A DNA stretch of 63,758 bases, the filler included, from Reclinomonas americana ATCC 50394 (lineage: Eukaryota), in assembly GCA_048213135.1 (NCBI GenBank). It is 4 parts of 2 records of this genome, joined end to end, with 100 filler letters (N's around TTAATTAATTAA, not from the genome) between each part and the next. Parts side by side here need not be neighbours in the genome. Positions count along the whole stretch, not along the records: positions 27,488 to 54,164 come from PS015030.1; 3 more parts are not named here. One strand, 5' to 3'. A program made the translations under genes and the position numbers. Within the stretch, counting starts at the first letter, position 1; each line of letters opens with the position of its first letter. The notes under the pieces were generated by a model. It saw only the letters and a program-made list of their open reading frames with translations. It was not told where the DNA came from and made no database searches. Below are positions 34,801 to 48,983 of the stretch, in pieces.

Positions 34801-37800
34801 ATGGCCGCCGACTCGGCACTGGTGCGCACCGCGTCACGCACGAGTAGACCGATAGGCTGCGACGGCAGTGTCGCGTCGACACGCCAGTCGAACGCAGTCA
34901 CCGGGGAGGTGAGATCGCACACAAACGGATCGATTCGGCGCACAACAATCGTCGCTCCAGATGACTGCCGTGCAATGACCTCCACTGCCGTGATTTGCGG
35001 ATTGCCGAAACACTGGAAGCCGACGCGAATCAGTTCGCCGGTGAAGATTGGCGTCGTGCTGCTGATCACTGGGTACACCATGGCCAGTGCACGACGAACT
35101 GTCACGCTGACACCGTCGAAAACCGTGGTCGGCGACGAGCTCAACTGCACTCGCAGTGTCCACACGCCTTCAGTAGTCGTCGCTGGAGTAGCAAAGGACA
35201 CGGTCGGCCNNNNNNNNNNNNNNNNNNNNNNNNNNNNNNNNNNNNNNNNNNNNNNNNNNNNNNNNNNNNNNNNNNNNNNNNNNNNNNNNNNNNNNNNNNN
35301 NNNNNNNNNNNNNNNNNNNNNNNNNNNNNNNNNNNNNNNNNNNNNNNNNNNNNNNNNNNNNNNNNNNNNNNNNNNNNNNNNNNNNNNNNNNNNNNNNNNN
35401 NNNNNNNNNNNNNNNNNNNNNNNNNNNNNNNNNNNNNNNNNNNNNNNNNNNNNNNNNNNNNNNNNNNNNNNNNNNNNNNNNNNNNNNNNNNNNNNNNNNN
35501 NNNNNNNNNNNNNNNNNNNNNNNNNNNNNNNNNNNNNNNNNNNNNNNNNNNNNNNNNNNNNNNNNNNNNNNNNNNNNNNNNNNNNNNNNNNNNNNNNNNN
35601 NNNNNNNNNNNNNNNNNNNNNNNNNNNNNNNNNNNNNNNNNNNNNNNNNNNNNNNNNNNNNNNNNNNNNNNNNNNNNNNNTCGTCGCTCCACCGCCACCC
35701 ACAAGCAGCACATCAACATCGACCGATCCAGTCGCGCTGTCTTGCACGCACTGCACCGTTGCCTCGTATTGGTAGTTGTGATACAGGACCGTGCCGGCGG
35801 CAGGCGACGTCATCGTAAACGTCGGCGCTGTGAGATGTGTCAGCAAGAGGCAGACATCTCACACGCCCATCTGCATCACCTCAATAACTCACCAGACAAG
35901 ACAAAGGCCGACGACGTGGCAGTAGGTGCAAACGAGCCACCGTCCGTTCCCGTCACTCGCAGTACATACGACACACCAGTCGGCTGCGCGCCGACGACAG
36001 CCGGTCCCACCGTCAACGTGGTTCCTCCAAGCGCGCACGTCACAGCTTGAGATGGCACCACCACAACAGCAGCGCCACCTCCAGCCGGCAACACAGCCAC
36101 ACTGACGCCAGTCACCGACGGCAGGTTGCACTGCACTTGCAGTGTGATGGCGCTGACCTCAAACGCCGTCGGCGGTGTTGTCCACGGCAGCTGGAGAGAC
36201 GTCACACTGAACACGGACGCTGTGCACGACGCGCGGGTGAGCAGGTCAATCAACTGCTGTTTCTTCATTTCGTGCTCTCTCTCTTCTCTTCTTCACAGTC
36301 TCTCTCTCTCGTTCGCATCCCGCGTCTGCGGTTCGATGTCGTCTCGCCTTTGTATGCTCTCTATTCTCGTCTGTCGTCGTCAGGCGATTCTTCCTTGCTC
36401 TCTCGCTCCCACACACTCTCCCTCTCTATGTCCTCCCAATATCTCTCCCTTTCTCGGCCTCTCTCTCTCTCCCTCTTTTGCCCTGCCTCTCTCTCNNNNN
36501 NNNNNNNNNNNNNNNCGCCGCACTCGTTCCCGCAATCATTGCGTCAGCAGCATACACCAACTGCACCGTCAGTGACGTCCCCACAGGCAACATGCTCGTG
36601 CTCCACCACAGTAAACTCTCTGTCGCCGCACTGGCGCAGCTCAGTGGCGCACCCGTCTGCAACGTCACTCCGTTCGACGCCACCACATTCACCGCCGTCA
36701 CCAGCTGATGCGCGCAGCGCACACCAACATTGACGCGCTCCGGCCACACCGACACTATGCGCACCGTCAGCTGCCACGCGACCACCGTCACGCTGCTCGA
36801 ACTCGAGCGCTTGCTGCCAACAACAGCCGCATCACGTACCGACAACACCACCGACCCGCCCAGAGACACCAGTGCCGACGGCGGTCGCCAGTCCACCGTA
36901 ATAGAGCCACTCGGACACGCCGTCGCGCCATTCACAGTGCCAATCACAATCGGCGCCGTCGACATCGGTGCCGTCGCCTCCACCACCGCACTCGTGCCAA
37001 CGAGCGGATTCGCCACACAGCCGAATCGAACGCGATACAGCGTGTCCGTGCTGACAGTGCTCACCACAGTCGGCATGCCGCCGACAGTGATCACCACTGG
37101 CACCGGTGTGAACGTGTCTGCAACGGCACCCACTTGGCCGACGACACTCACCGCACCGCTCGCACCAAACACGAGTGCACTGTGCATCACCTCAATCGAC
37201 ACCGTGTACCCACCAGCCGCCGCACCGCCCATGGCCAATGACGCACGCGCCACAGTCCAACTCAGCGCCGTCGACGCACACACCGCGGTCGACGACGACG
37301 TCACTCGTGCCACCTCCACCGTATCCGCCGCATTCGCACTGCCTGTCACCGATACCAGCAGCCGCACGGAGCCGCCAGGCACATTGCACGTGTACGACAC
37401 GGAGTACGTGTAGCCCTCGTACACAGTGCTCGGAAACATGCCGCCCGTCGGAGTCGCACTCGCCGTCAGCACCTGCATCACGGACGACTGGCCCGCTGCG
37501 CCGGCATAGCCCGTCTGTTGCACTGACACCCGCGTGTTGTTCGATCCGCTCAGACTGCTGTTCACCGTCCACTGCGTCGTGTTTTCCACCGCCAAGTTGC
37601 CACACGTCGACGACACACCGGTCCCCACCGTTATCGTTCCATTCACCGTCACGTCGACGCTGCTGGTTGCTGCTCGTGCACACCGCCACCCAATCGTGTA
37701 CTGCACGCCCACAAACACCACACCACTGTGACCCGTCGGCACCACCACTCGAACACCCGTCACATCCATCGTGGGCAACGAAAACATCGCACTCGACGAC

Positions 37801-40800
37801 CGACTCGTCAGTCGCGGCAAGTCGGCCACATCCAGCGCCAGATCAACGGCCCCCGATAACGACACACTCGGCTGCCACACATACGTCTGGCTGGCGGCAC
37901 TCGGCCCGCACGTGGCCGCCACATTGCTGCCAATCACCGTCTCGGCACTCGCACTGGTCGCCGTCCGAACCGACACTTGCACGGCCGAGACAAGTGCGTT
38001 TCTACACGTGAACACGAGGCTGACACTGTCCGCTGACGCCACCGACACCGAGTTGACCACAATGCTGCTGAGGGACGACCCGAATGCAGACGATGTGCGG
38101 CTCAGCGACAGTCCGTCCACATCAATCAGCTGCACTTGCAGTTGATACGTGCCCGCAGCAGCCTCGTCCATACCCACCGCCACCCACACTCGTGAGTTGA
38201 GCGTGGCGCCTGCGTCGCACCGAGCCGGATAGGCTTCAAGAACAGCGCGCACGTTGCTGCTGTCACTCACACGCTGCACAGTCACCGCCACTCGAGCATT
38301 CACATCGCGTGACCAGCACCGCCATCGAAGAGTGTACTCGAAGCCGCGGAACACCATGCTTGGAATGCTGCTGCCATCGATCGTCAAGTCCTCTGCGGAG
38401 AAAAGAGAGCACGTGAGCACACCTCCAATTCGAATGCCTGTCGCAAGCTCTCCTTTGTTGGTTCTCTCCCTCTCTCTCGCCGCCAACAAATAACGCACCG
38501 ATCGCAATGGTTCCGGCTGATGTGTACGGTGATGTCGACGAGAAGCGGACGCACACAAGAAGCCCGTTGATCGCGGCCAACCCGTTCAAGCCAAGCACAA
38601 ACGAGATGCGAGTACTCGACACAAATGTCACACTGCTCGGCACGCGAGTCCACGCATCCGCCAGGTTGATCGGAGAGCACGACCGCGCAACAACAACCGC
38701 CTGCACATCTCCACCTGCCGTGAGGTCCGTGAACGATTGACCGTTGATGTTGAACGACTGCTGCGACCCAACACCGCCAATACTGACAGCAGCAGGTGAC
38801 ACGGACGAGAACCCAGCTGTGCACATCAAAGAACACACACATGTATCCACACAAGTGAGTCGATTGATCATTCGACCAAAGAAAAAGCACCACGATACGA
38901 ACCCACGTCAAGTGTGCCGACGCTGGAAAACGGCGCTCCTGTTCCCCATGATGCACATATCTGGTACGTGCCAGACACGCTGCTCAGTCCCAGATACGGA
39001 ACACCCAGACTGATACTATTGTTCGTGATGGCTGTCGCCGTGAGCGTGGCCACAGACGGCCCACTAGCACACGAGGCACGAAGTACAAACGATGTCGACA
39101 ACAGGCTGCCCACGTAACCCCCGCCACCAGTTAATGTCACCGCCCTCGGCGTCAGATCTCGCAGCACCATTGCTGGACTTATAGTGGTTGTCGACAGGGA
39201 GTAAATGCCGAGCGGCGCAAACATTGACGGAGGTTGATTGGGAATCTGGGTGCACAAGTAGTACANNNNNNNNNNNNNNNNNNNNGACCTCTGTGACACC
39301 GGCTCTGGTCTTCATCAATGCTAGCAACTCGTGAGTTTGCTGAAGAGTGATGTACCCAAGATGGCGAATTTGGATCTCATGATGCCACTTCGTCTCACAG
39401 TCACACGGTGCAAGTTGGAGGCAGTGGATTTTTAGCATCGTTTGCCAGCGACGCTTCCCTGTTTGTGGTGTCGTCGTCGTGTGCGGCCGCGGCACCGACA
39501 GCAGTCATGTCAACGTCGACACAGTCGACGCAGTATGTGGACGCGCAGACGTTGACAACCAGCGTCGTGAGTGCATCAGCGACGACGCCAGCTGGCAACT
39601 ATCAGCTGTGTGAGTTTGGGGGAGAGAAGGGAGGAGAACATGCTGTTCGTCAGCTTGAGTGTCACTTGCTTCGTTCTCACGCCCGGGTGTTTGCGCACAG
39701 GCATTCGGTGGACGACTGGTGCGACATACGAAAGTGCTGGCTCACTGGCGCTGGCTTCTGTCTCAAGCATCACGCCGCCGATTTTTCCCGCGGGGTACAG
39801 CACGCAGCTGCAGATCTCGGGTGGTGGCTTCTTGGCGTCGCTGCAGGCACTGACGCGCATGCTGGTGTTGACCAGCGGCTCGTGCAGTGTTAGCGCGGAC
39901 ACGACTGCGGGTGTGGGTGGGACAGTCGATTCAGTGACGGGCTCGACAGCCATGAGAGTGACGGTGCTGCCGAGTGGATCGTCGACGGGCGGCGTGTATC
40001 GCGTGTGCATGCGTGCTTCTGCCGCCTCTGGTGTTCCGTATGAGGATACGTACTCGGCTGGTGTCACCGTGGGTGAGTGCACATGCCCTCGTTTTTCTTT
40101 CGTTTGCTTATCTATCTCACGGTGTGAAATGATATGTGTGTGTGAGCAGCATCATTCTCTTCGCTCGTTCCCAGTTCGATTCTGGCCGGCGTCGGTGTGA
40201 CACACCAGCTTCGTGTGTCGGGAACTGGCTTGCTACCGCCTGGTGCACGCACGGTGCCGACAGACCCAGTGGCATTGGTGGTGGATGCTGCGTCCAACCC
40301 GACTTGTAGCAACGCCGACATTTCCGCCGTGCGATACACGACGTCGTTGTCGTCGGCCAGCACCACGCAGTTGGTATTTGGCTTCGATGCCACCGGCGTG
40401 TCGACTAACGTCTATCGACTGTGCGTGCGATTGTGGCCGACCCTCGGATATGTGGATGCAGGCCAGATTGGCGTGTTTTCAGTGTCGGGGGCTTCGCCGT
40501 CGGCGATTCCGGCTCTCGCTGGGCAGACGGAGGTGCTGAATGGCAGCGGGTTTGGTGGCACGCTGATTGTGTTTGTGACATCGGACAGCGCATGTATGGT
40601 ACCGACGACCGTGGGAGTGACTGTTGGGTCAGTCACGTCAACTACCGCGTCGTTGACGGTGAACGGAAGTGGCCAGACTGGCGGCANNNNNNNNNNNNNN
40701 NNNNNNNNNNNNNNNNNNNNNNNNNNNNNNNNNNNNNNNNNNNNNNNNNNNNNNNNNNNNNNNNNNNNNNNNNNNNNNNNNNNNNNNNNNNNNNNNNNNN

Positions 40801-43800
40801 NNNNNNNNNNNNNNNNNNNNNNNNNNNNNNNNNNNNNNNNNNNNNNNNNNNNNNNNNNNNNNNNNNNNNNNNNNNNNNNNNNNNNNNNNNNNNNNNNNNN
40901 NNNNNNNNNNNNNNNNNNNNNNNNNNNNNNNNNNNNNNNNNNNNNNNNNNNNNNNNNNNNNNNNNNNNNNNNNNNNNNNNNNNNNNNNNNNNNNNNNNNN
41001 NNNNNNNNNNNNNNNNNNNNNNNNNNNNNNNNNNNNNNNNNNNNNNNNNNNGCACGGGCAATGTTAACCACGCCGAGTGAACCAGCGACTGCCGACGCGC
41101 TCCACCGAATGCTGTGCGCATCGACACCAACAATCAGTGATCCATGGAAACGCACGACAAGCACGAGACTCTCCATACAGACGCACCAGAGAGTGTAGGC
41201 GCCAGATGGAATGCTGGACGTGTCGAGCGTGGCTTGCATCAGCGATGCACTGGTGTACGTGCCCGTCACGGAAGCAGACGTTGCTTGTGCAACACTCTCC
41301 CGACACCCAAAGCTGAGAGCACCGCTGTCCGATCCAAACACATTGACAAACAGAGTGCCACTGATCGTGATCTGTGCCGTCGCTGAGGACCCAATCACAG
41401 CCGGCGACAGGCTGAATGATGGAATCGCAATGGAGATCAACGCCGCCCAGCTCGTGCACGCCGAAATCGGTCTGTGAGTGTGCACAGTGAGGATGAGCAA
41501 TGGTACTGCAGCAGCGCAGACAAACAACACAAACACAGTGCGCACCGCACGCAAAGCGTGTACGTTCCCACCGCCAGCGACGACGAATCAAACGTGAACG
41601 TCGAGCTGGTCGTCGATGGGTACGACGCTGTGATTGCCACTGACGATGAAGCCGCTGCGCACGTAGCGCCAGACGACAGTGCATACGCTTGCGAGTCGGA
41701 CGACAAGTTGGGCAACGACGTGCCGGTCACCGTCACGACCTCCGACGCACGTCGGAACAGCGCGAGCGGTGACACTTGCGTGACGGCAACTAAAAGAATG
41801 AAGGAGGCGCAACAAATCAGGAGACCACACCGAGCGGAAGAGATTGCGAGCAACGAGACCGCACCTGACGACTGCACAGACCCAGCATCATAATACGGTG
41901 ACGAAGACGACATGCGACCACACACTCGGTACGTGGTGGCCGGCATCAGCAACGATCCGTTGATGGTGGCAAGAACTTGCGTATTCGACACCACTGTCGC
42001 TGGGAGAGAGAAGGCCACTGTGAACCTGCAACACAGAATGTGAGACGAGCGGTGGAGCAGAAGATGCGAGAATCAATTGCACTTCTTTCTTTCTTTCTCT
42101 CTCTCTCACACACACTCTTTCTCTTCTCTTCCCGATCACCACTCACCCCGTGTTGCACGTCGTGGCACTCAGCACCACCGCTTGCGCATCCGCTCCCACA
42201 TTCTGCGCGCTGTCCGTGCGCGTCAGTGACAGGCACTGACCGGCAACTTGGAACACGTTGGCCGGAGTCGACGCCGTGAATGTGGCCTCCGCAGTGAAGT
42301 ATTGCACGGCACCCCACTGCGTCGTCAGACCAATGTTCGACACGGCGCGGAAGTAGTACACACTCCGCAGAGTCAAGCCGCTGATTGTCGCCGTGATCGG
42401 AACTGTGCCCGCCGCCGATACCGTTGCTGGCACTGCAGCCACTTTGGTCGCAGTCGGTGCAATGATACGGCGAACCACTTGATTCGTTTGGTCTGCACGT
42501 GCAAGAGAGATTGTTGAGACACAAAAATCACTTGACGAGATACCNNNNNNNNNNNNNNNNNNNNNNNNNNNNNNNNNNNNNNNNNNNNNNNNNNNNNNNN
42601 NNNNNNNNNNNNNNNNNNNNNNNNNNNNNNNNNNNNNNNNNNNNNNNNNNNNNNNNNNNNNNNNNNNNNNNNNNNNNNNNNNNNNNNNNNNNNNNNNNNN
42701 NNNNNNNNNNNNNNNNNNNNNNNNNNNNNNNNNNNNNNNNNNNNNNNNNNNNNNNNNNNNNNNNNNNNNNNNNNNNNNNNNNNNNNNNNNNNNNNNNNNN
42801 NNNNNNNNNNNNNNNNNNNNNNNNNNNNNNNNNNNNNNNNNNNNNNNNNNNNNNNNNNNNNNNNNNNNNNNNNNNNNNNNNNNNNNNNNNNNNNNNNNNN
42901 NNNNNNNNNNNNNNNNNNNNNNNNNNNNNNNNNNNNNNNNNNNNNNNNNNNNNNNNNNNNNNNNNNNNNNNNNNNNNNNNNNNNNNNNNNNNNNNNNNNN
43001 NNNNNNNNNNNNNNNNNNNNNNNNNNNNNNNNNNNNNNNNNNNNNNNNNNNNNNNNNNNNNNNNNNNNNNNNNNNNNNNNNNNNNNNNNNNNNNNNNNNN
43101 NNNNNNNNNNNNNNNNNNNNNNNNNNNNNNNNNNNNNNNNNNNNNNNNNNNNNNNNNNNNNNNNNNNNNNNNNNNNNNNNNNNNNNNNNNNNNNNNNNNN
43201 NNNNNNNNNNNNNNNNNNNNNNNNNNNNNNNNNNNNNNNNNNNNNNNNNNNNNNNNNNNNNNNNNNNNNNNNNNNNNNNNNNNNNNNNNNNNNNNNNNNN
43301 NNNNNNNNNNNNNNNNNNNNNNNNNNNNNNNNNNNNNNNNNNNNNNNNNNNNNNNNNNNNNNNNNNNNNNNNNNNNNNNNNNNNNNNNNNNNNNNNNNNN
43401 NNNNNNNNNNNNNNNNNNNNNNNNGACACGGCAAACGTGCAGGTACATACCACACACATACACAAATCCGCTGCTCGCATCGTATGTGATTGCGGTCTGC
43501 ACAGAGGGATGGTACAATGAGATCAGAGAGGCAGAGGTCTACGAAAGAGAGAGAGAGAGAGAAACAGACAGTACCGGATTGTTGAAGCGAGCCGAAGTCG
43601 TCGATCCATCCGTGAACCCATTGTCTCCAGCAATGCCAGCCAGAGTCGATGTCACACCAGCAGATGTGATCAGTCGAATCAAATGGTTGCTCGTCTGCCA
43701 GATGCACACACCACGTGTGAGGTCAGCATGCGCACAGATAACGGAGAGAAGAGCAGCCCCTCAAACCAAGCACGCAACATCAGCTACATACACATTGTAC

Positions 43801-46800
43801 GTCGCAACGTCCACAAAGACGCCTGCTGGCGAGCGAAACTTGGCCGTCCCTCGCGCACCGTCAGTGGACCCAAGACTCCCCTTCACACCAGCAAATGTGC
43901 TGACCAGATTTGTGCTGAAGTCGATCTGTCGAATGGCATGATTGCTACGGTCGGCGATGAACAGAAGCAGCCGAGTCGTGTCGTAGTAGAGGCCGTAAGG
44001 TCCATTGAAGCGAGCTGCTGTGCTGTTGCCATCCGCCGTGCCAGACACTCCCACAGCGCCGAATATGCGTGTCACCACGCCGGCGTACGTCACAGTGCTG
44101 CAGCGTGCACACGCGTCAGAGAAGCACGTGCCATGAATGACTGACAATATCGTGTGCACACCGAATCGTGTGATTGCCGGTGTCACTGACAAAGAGCACT
44201 TGGTTACCGGCGTCGATGCCGATACCTCCAGGACTTGTGAACGCTGCCGCAGTGCCCGTACCATCTGCACTACCTGGCGACGCAGGCTGTCCCGCAACAG
44301 TGGTGACAACACCGCCAGACGTGATCTGCCGGATAATGTGATTTCCCGTCTGCGAAATACCACGAGTCACAGATGTCAGTCGTCTTACAAGCGGCGCACA
44401 CCGTTGAGAGAGCGAAAAGGCAACGAACATCTGCCACATAGACATTGCCGGTGCTAGGATCCACGACCGCATCACGTGGGCTGCAGCGACGTGTGAGGTG
44501 CACTGACGTTCGATGCAAGGCATTGCGTGAGTGCCTGACTCACTTGTTGAAGCGAGACGCCGTGTTTGTGCCATCCAAGTAGCCACGAACGCCAACAAGG
44601 CCAGCAAACGCCGTCACCACAGCGCCAGTGGTCATGCGACGAATGACCAGGTTGCTGTGCAGCGAGGACAAGTCAGCACAATGCATACAGTCTACAAATA
44701 CAGAGGGAGAGAGGGCAAGAGTGGGGGGAACACCGAGGACACGGAAATGCTTCGCACCTCGTGTCAACCACATAGAACGTGGATGCACCGTCGAAAGCAA
44801 GGCCCTGTTTGTGTCCCACAATCAAAGTCAGCAAACGCACAGTGCAGACTACCAACGCATACTAAGAATCACACCTGCGGGTTCTGGAATCGTGCAGATG
44901 TACCGGTTCCGAGTGACGACCCCTGTGAAGCTGGCGAGCCGGCAAACACCGCCACACTTGACGAGAAGTTGACCACATTGGTGGTGTACTCGAAGCCAGT
45001 GGTCAGCGTGCCGAGACCAGTTGTGTCCACTGACCCACTCAACACGGCTGTGCTGTCGGTGATGCTGCTCACGCTCACTGTTGTCGTCTGTTGCGCAGCC
45101 ACCGACCGCACAGTGAAACCAAACACACTACTCGAAGCCGTGATGCCGGCACTAGTGGCCATTGCTTGCACAAAGTACGTGCTGTTCAACGGCAGTCCAG
45201 TCAGTGTTGCGGTGACCGTCACGGTTCCCGTGCCAGTGATTCCAGTCGGTGTCGCAGTGACCGTGTTGGACGTGGGTACCAGCACCTCGCGGATCTGATT
45301 GTTGAAACTGTGCGCGGAGGACACACAAGTGAGCGCAAGAAAAATGAGAGACACAAATGAATGGAGCAACGAGAAGAATGACTCACGTGTCTGCGATAAC
45401 GACGTTGCCGGTGCTATCCGTCGTCACACCAAATGGATAGTAAAAGCGACCACTTGCAATTGGGCCGTTGGTCGCCGCCGGATTAGTGGTACCGGTGTAA
45501 GAAGTCACGACGGCCCCCGGAACGGTGACACGCCGAATCTGATGATTGCCGGGGTCAGCCACGTACATCGCGTCATCAGTTGTCGTCAGTGCCAGGCCAA
45601 CTGGTCCCTGGAACCTCGCCGATGTACCAGTGGCATTGGTAGACCCGGCAGTGGTCGACCCGGCAAATGTCGTCACAACACCGGCCGACGTGATGGCGCG
45701 CAGCTGCCGATTGCCCGTATCGGCCACATACAACACGCTGCTCGGCTGGTGGAACACAACGCCAGAGGGCGCTGTATGGGACGAACGCGGTGAGTGACGG
45801 AGAACGGGAGACAGACGGAAGCAAATGACAACTCAACTGTTGAACCTGGCCGCCGTGCCAGTGGCATTTGTGGTGCCAGATACACCCGCACCACCCGCAA
45901 ACGTGGACACCGACAGCGTCGCAATATTGATCTTGCGAATCGTGTGCGACAAAGTATCTGCCACGTACAACGTAGTCACTGCGTCGTCAACTGCCACATC
46001 GCGTGGTCCATTGAAGCTGCCCGGTGTGCCGTCAGCCGTGCCTGGTGTGTCCGGTGTGCCAGCTATCGTGGTCACCGCGCCAGCCAACGTGATCTGCCGT
46101 CGTATGCGTGTGTCAGCAGGACGGCAAAACCCAATCAAGATCACAAGTGAACACACAACTCGACGAATGGTATGCGACCCCGAATCCGCCACATATATCA
46201 CATCATTTGCGTCGATGCAGATGCCTTGCGGACCGTTGAATCGCGCGCTGGTACCAACAGCATTGTCAGTGCTTCCAGGCGTGAGCGCCAGACCGGCGAA
46301 GGTGGTCACGGCACCCACGGAAGTCACTCGACGGATGGTGTGGTTTTGCGTCTGTAGACGGTGAAGAGAATCATGAGCCGATATGAGAGCGGACACTCGC
46401 ACAGGGTGGAGCGACGCAACGTCAGCCACGTATGCATTGCCGGAGGAATCACACGCCACATCCGTGGGGAAGTTGAAGCGCGCGGTGGTACCGGAGGCAT
46501 CAACTGCACCGGCATTCGAAATCTTGCCGGCGAGCGACGAGACGGTCAGCGTGGCCACATCAACCTTGCGAATGTTGTTGTTGCCCGAGTCGGCAACGTA
46601 CATATTGCCACTGCCGTCAAAGGTGATGCCGCGAGGTGTGTTGAAGCGAGCGCTAGTGCCGACGCCGTCTTGGAAGCCGAATGCCACGTTGGTTCCTGCC
46701 TCCCGCAAAATACGACAAGAAAGACACGAGGCATCATTCAGTACAGACATTGGTTTCCAGTGAGAAACTCCACCAACGTACCGAGAATAGTTGCGGTCGT

Positions 46801-48264
46801 GAGAGTGTTCGTGTCCAGAGTACGAATGGTCTGATTGCTCGATTCGCTATAGTACAGTACGCCATTGTACAGGCAGAAATTGGTGCCGCCATTCAGTCGT
46901 GCAGCGGTGCCGGTACCGTCGGTGGTGCCGCCAGTGCCCATGAGACCGAACACGGTGGTCACGACACCGGCCATTGTGACCTGTCGCGGAGATATGAGGC
47001 AACATCAGAACGAGGGTGGAGGGTGGGTGAGAGATATCATCGCATCTCACCTTGCGAACGACACGATTCGACACGTCCAGCACCCAAACCACGTTCTTGG
47101 CAGCGTCATATGCCACATCCCAAGGCTACAGCACATCCCAGTGAGTGAGCTCTTCCCAGAAAAAACACATCACCCTCCGTCTCCGGGGTGTACTCACAGC
47201 GTTGAAGAGCGCCGCACTGCCAGTACCGTCCGATTGGCCGGCTGTACCAGCTGTTCCTGCAAGCGTGGTGACCACAGCCGCGGGGGAGACCAATCGAATG
47301 GTGTTGCTGTCGGTCTGCATGAACGGGCGACAGGGTGTGAGCATGTGAGAGACGTCGACAAGAAGAACAAGACCACGCAACATCGGCCACGATCACACTG
47401 CCATCGACAGTGTATATGTCGAGGCCACTTGGGTTCTGTGCGAAGCAATGTAGAGTGAGAATTTGATGATGATCTTGAGCATTTGCGCTGCATCATCATA
47501 CCTGAAATCGAGCAGCCGTGCCCGTGCCGTCCACAGTGCCGGCGGTGCCAGCGAGACCAGCGACTGAAGTGACAACGGCCGACGTGGAGATTGAGCGGAT
47601 AGTCGAGTTGCCCGACTGCATGCACGAGAGGGGGAAAGAGGTGAGAAAGGAAGGGGAATGCGTGACGAGACACAGCGAATGACACAGCTCGAAAACACAT
47701 GCCGCGGATTGGAATAAGATGCACACATGCACACACGACATGTGTTGATTATCGCACGCAACATCGGCAACCCACAGAGTGCCACTCGCATCCACCACAA
47801 TGTCACGAGGACCACTGAACCGTGCCGCTGCATCACCATGACATGGGTCACAACACAGCTCACTGCGCAAGCACAGCGCGAGAGAGAAACGAACCGGTGC
47901 CTGTGCCATCGGTAGAACCGGCTGAGCTGCTGGTAGAGCCAGCGAATGTCGTCACCACGCCGGCGGCAGTCACTTGGCGGATGGAGTTGCTGAATCTGTG
48001 ACGTGAAAGAGAGATAGAGAGAGCTGCTTTCAGTATGACAGCGACGAGAGAGAGGGAGACAGAGAGAGAGAGACAGAGAGAGAGAGAGAAGCGTAACAAT
48101 GCAGTCTCACATATCTGCACACCACACACACACGTGTCCTTACAGAGAGAGAGAAAAGGCATACAAAGGCAGCCCACCAGCACGTTGATGCGCTCTTAAC
48201 GTTGTGAGGCCACAAAGAATGCAGTGAAGAGGCGGGACAGCGTAGAAGGGACGACGGACATCGA

Positions 48265-48301
<37 letters not shown>

Positions 48302-48857
48302 TCGCGTCTTCGATGGACAGTGCCTCAAGCATACGATAGCGAGAGGGGAAACGAGCACAGAAGAGGGTGCGCGTGAGACAGAGAGGGAGGGAGATGAAGG
48401 GAGAGAGCGCGCGAGAGACAAGCAGCTTGACAAAGGTGCTTGTTGAAGAAGAGCACCCGAAACACAAGCAGCGAGACCAGGAAGACCAACGCAAGAAAAG
48501 CGCTCCTCACCGATCGGCCACATAGATGACTCCTGCCGACGTCGACGTGATACCCAACAATCCGTTGAACGTCGCCGCAGCGCCAGTAGCATTCGTTTGC
48601 CCGCCCGTCTGCGCCTGTCCCGCCAGCGACACCACCGTCGACGAGTACGCACTCTGATCTGTCGCATACTGAAACGTGACAGTCGTCGCTGCGCCTCCAT
48701 TCGCACTCGCGAACGCCGTGAACAAAACCGATCCATTTTGCACGTTGGCCATCGGCGTGTTGAGCACAGTCGCCGATTGCGCATTGGCGAGGAGAATGAA
48801 TGATGATGGCCACGATAGCGAGAGGAGGCAGAGGAGCGCAATCAACAGCGGTGACAT
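31833..48857 (-). CDS. Giant type I cell-surface protein: signal peptide, two NHL-repeat arrays nested in FN3-like modules, about 9 IPT/TIG-like repeats, further Ig-like repeats, TM helix, Pro-rich tail
   Basis: ATG 48857 MSPLLIALLCLLSLSW. Many NHL units (ARFN.P.GI..D..G..YVAD..N..IR); YxxCxR repeats; WxC repeats; TM WAIALSVVLPLLFLLLLLLLLLWFL-RKRR. Continuity across gaps is assumed, and 39286-40686 is inverted. Confidence 0.7.
39286..40686 (+). CDS. IPT/TIG-like repeat exons of the giant surface protein, inverted relative to the flanks
   Basis: YQLC|IRWTTGATYESAG, YRVCMRAS and YRLCVRLWPTLGYVDAG match the repeat type on the minus strand either side. The segment is bounded by gaps. Confidence 0.7.
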
Positions 48858-48935
48858 CAGCGTTAGATGATGATCACTATGAGACCTGAGCACATACACG
48901 CGACAGAGTGTGAGTGACAGCCAGTGAGCGAGGTG

Positions 48936-48983
<48 letters not shown>

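Noticed and set aside
42145-42260. Ricin-B lectin domain (QCLSLT..VVLSATTCN)
   Set aside because: Only one partial subdomain and no QxW motif visible; insufficient support.
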